Assembly: GCF_020745735.1 (NCBI RefSeq)
Contig: NC_083437.1
Span: 9,982,001 to 10,046,000, forward strand
DNA: 64,000 nucleotides
From: Hemiscyllium ocellatum
Lineage: Eukaryota
Direction: 5' to 3'
Shown here: positions 61,470 through 64,000 of the stretch, one piece after another
How the letters are laid out: the number at the start of each line of letters is the position of its first letter
How positions within the stretch are numbered: position 1 is the stretch's first letter
Translations under genes and position numbers: made by a program
Notes under the pieces: model-generated
Databases searched by the model: none
The model's input: the letters and a program-made list of their open reading frames with translations, nothing else
Told to the model about the DNA's origin: nothing

Positions 61470-61873
61470 AGAACATAACAACACGACGGTTGGAGGAAGA
61501 GCGCCTCATCTTCCGCCTGGGAACGCTCCAACCACAAGGGATGAACTCAGATTTCTCCAGTTTCCTCATTTCCCCTCCCCCCACCTTGTCTCAGTCGATT
61601 CCCTTGAACTCAGCACCGCCCTCCTAACCTGCAATCTTCTTCCTGACCTCTCCGCCCCCACCCCACTCCGGCCTATCACCCTCACCTTGACCTCCTTCCA
61701 CCTATCACATCTCCATCACCCCTCCCCCAAGTCCCTCCTCCCTACCTTTTATCTTAGCCTGCCTGGCACCCTCTCCTCATTCCTGATGAAGGGCTATGGC
61801 CCGAAACGTTGAATTTCCTGTTCCTTGGATGCTGCCTGACCTGCTGTCCTTTAACCAGCAACACATTTTCAGC
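61470..61873 (+). mobile_element. Neptune-like PLE 3' end and pLTR
   Basis: ttggaggaagagcgcctcatcttccgcctgggaacgctccaacc (LEEERLIFRLGTLQP) followed by the pLTR. Confidence 0.9.
61779..61814 (+). ncRNA. Minimal hammerhead ribozyme motif (family A variant)
   Basis: attc-CTGATGA-a-gggc tatg gccc-GAAA-cgtt-gaat; perfect 4-bp stem I. Confidence 0.82.
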
Positions 61874-61916
61874 AACTATTTAATAAGTCTGGGCTGGGTG
61901 GTTTACATGCACAGGC

Positions 61917-62250
61917 ATAGAGATTAGATTAGATTATTTACAGGTTAGATTACTTACAGTGTGGAAATAGGCCCTTCAGCCCAACAAGTCCACACCGACC
62001 CGCCGAAGCACAACCCACCCAGACCCATTCCCCTATATTTACCCCTGCCCCTAACACTACGGGCAATTTAGCATGGCCAATTCACCTGACCTGCACATCT
62101 TTGGACTGTGGGAGGAAACCGCAGCACCCGGAGGAAACCCATGCAGACACGGGGAGAATGTGCAAACTCCACACAGTCAGTCGACTGAGGTGGGAATTGA
62201 ACCTGGGTCTCTGGCGCTGTGAGGCAGCAGTGCTAACCACTGTGCCACTG
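61917..62250 (-). mobile_element. Full-length HE1-type SINE with duplicated tail
   Basis: Reverse complement of 56348-56661. Confidence 0.95.
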
Positions 62251-62689
62251 TGCCACGATGGATGTCACCATGACCTTATGCACAGTAAGTTACTTCGAAA
62301 GTCTCTTGGGTAAATCGGAAAATGCTGAGCTCAAGTCTGGCAATTCTACAAGCCACCTCACGGTCAATGTAGACATTGCTGGAGATAGTGCCTTTGAGAT
62401 AGGTGGAAGTTATCTCCAGCCTTCAGCGTTGTGTCAGTAATAGGTGACAGATTTAGTCAGTGTTTGACGGTTGTTGGTGAACTACTTCTGTTTTTTTTAA
62501 AGCTGATTTTTGAAGTCCAAAGACATCTGCTGCTTCTGTAAAACGGTCCATGATATTTTGAATATTACAGTGTAATACGAAGGCCCAATCATTGACAATC
62601 AGCAATTTATAATTCTATCACCTCTAATACCTTAACTGAGGTATTTGCTGAGAGGTGCAAGGGAGGAGCGAAGGACTTCTAGGAAGTTT

Positions 62690-64000
62690 TTAAGTGGGTG
62701 AGATCTGGCACTGGGGCTCAGAAGGGAAGGGGGGAGAAATAGAAAAGCATTAGTGGTAGGGGACTTGATAGTTAGATGGGTTGACAGGAGTTTTTGTGGT
62801 CAGGAACGGTACTTCCAGAAGGTATGTTGCCTCCCTGGTGCCATGGTCCAGGATGTCGCCGATCGGGTTTACAAGATTCTGAAGGGGAGGGTGAGCAGCC
62901 AGAAATCGTGGTACATATTGACACCAATGATATAGCCAGGAAAGGGATTCAGGATCTGAAAAGTCACTACAGAGAGCTACGTTCGAAGCTGAAGAGCAGG
63001 ATGAGTAGAGAAGTGATCTCAGGTTTGCTACCGGTGCCACGAGATAGTGAGATGAGGAACAGTCAGCGAGTGCAGCTTAGCACGTGGCTGTGAGGCTGGT
63101 GCAGGAGGGAGGGCTTCAGATACCTAGACCATTGGGATACCTTTCTGGGGAAGGTGGGATCTGTACACGAAGGACGGGTTGCACCTGAACTGGAGGGGCA
63201 CAAATGTCCCGGGTGGGAGATTTGATCTAGCCATTCGGGAACGTTTAATCTTGTTTGGCAGGGAGGTGGGAATCAGAGCCACGTGTCTGAGAGGGGGTCA
63301 GTTGCAGACAGGACAGTGACAGGGTATATTGAATCTATCAGGAAGGTTTCTCAGACAATGAAACATAGGGATCGGTTAAAGTGTGTCTGCTTTAATGCAA
63401 GGAGTGTCTGGAATAAGAGTGACAAACTTACAGCATGGATCAGTACATGGGGCTATGATGTTGTGGCCATAACAGAGACTTGGGTTTCACAGGGACAGGA
63501 ATGATTGCTTGGTGTTCCAGGGTTTAGAACATATAAAAAGAACAGAGAGGGTGGAAAAAGAGGAGGGGGTGCAGCATTGCTAACCAGACAGTACATCACA
63601 ACTACAGAAACGAAGGTCGTTGAGGAAGGTTTGTCTACTGAGTCAGTATGGGTGGAAGTTAGGAACAGCAAGGGAACAGCCACCGCATTGGGCATTTTCT
63701 ACAGACCACCTAATAGCAGTAGAGAGATTGAAGATCGTATAGGCAGGCAGATTCTGGAGAAGTGAAAATGTAGCAGGGTTGTTGTAATGGGTGATTTCAA
63801 TTTTCCCAATATTGATTGGAACCTCCTAAATGTAGACGGTTCGGGTGGAGCCGTTTTTGTCAGGTGTGTTCAGGAGGGTTTCCTTATTCAGTATGTGGAC
63901 AGATCGACAAGGGGAGAGGCCATGTTGGATTTGGTGCTCGGCAACGAGCCGGAACAGGTGTCAGATCTCACGGTGGGAGAGCACTCTGGTGAAAGTGATC
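62690..64000 (+). mobile_element. CR1 LINE 5' region: ORF1 (SGNH-like) and ORF2 APE endonuclease start; runs off the window
   Basis: VVGD..VR, VCCLPGA.VQDV, VVHI.TND, CFNARS, VVAITETW, GGGAALL, FYRPP, MGDFNFP; premature stops. Confidence 0.93.

Overview
Eukaryotic, repeat-dense DNA, almost certainly from an elasmobranch (shark): it carries about 19 HE1-type tRNA-derived V-SINEs and DeuSINE/SacSINE-like copies. I could not support any host protein-coding exon, so the window looks intronic or intergenic. Every recognisable ORF is retroelement-derived: CR1 LINEs (APE endonuclease, RT, SGNH-like ORF1), a Rex1/Babar LINE 3' end, and Penelope-like elements (PLEs) of two types. One type is Neptune-like with a Cys-rich linker and includes a near-complete RT+GIY-YIG copy at about 36.3-39.4 kb; the other is Penelope/Poseidon-like at about 55.2-56.0 kb. 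The most notable signal is a dense population of PLE-derived insertions, many only 80-230 bp and often palindromic, bounded by 11-15 bp target-site duplications (TSDs). They carry minimal hammerhead-ribozyme motifs (CUGANGA-stem II-GAAA-palindromic helix III-NUH) in at least four sequence families with co-varying stem I. Also present: a Rex-tailed non-autonomous element hosting a 1.4 kb G-rich minisatellite, a solo LTR, a pogo/Tigger-like MITE and a 149-nt assembly gap. Boundaries were read by eye; those not anchored by a TSD are approximate. Family names come from recognition, not database searches.
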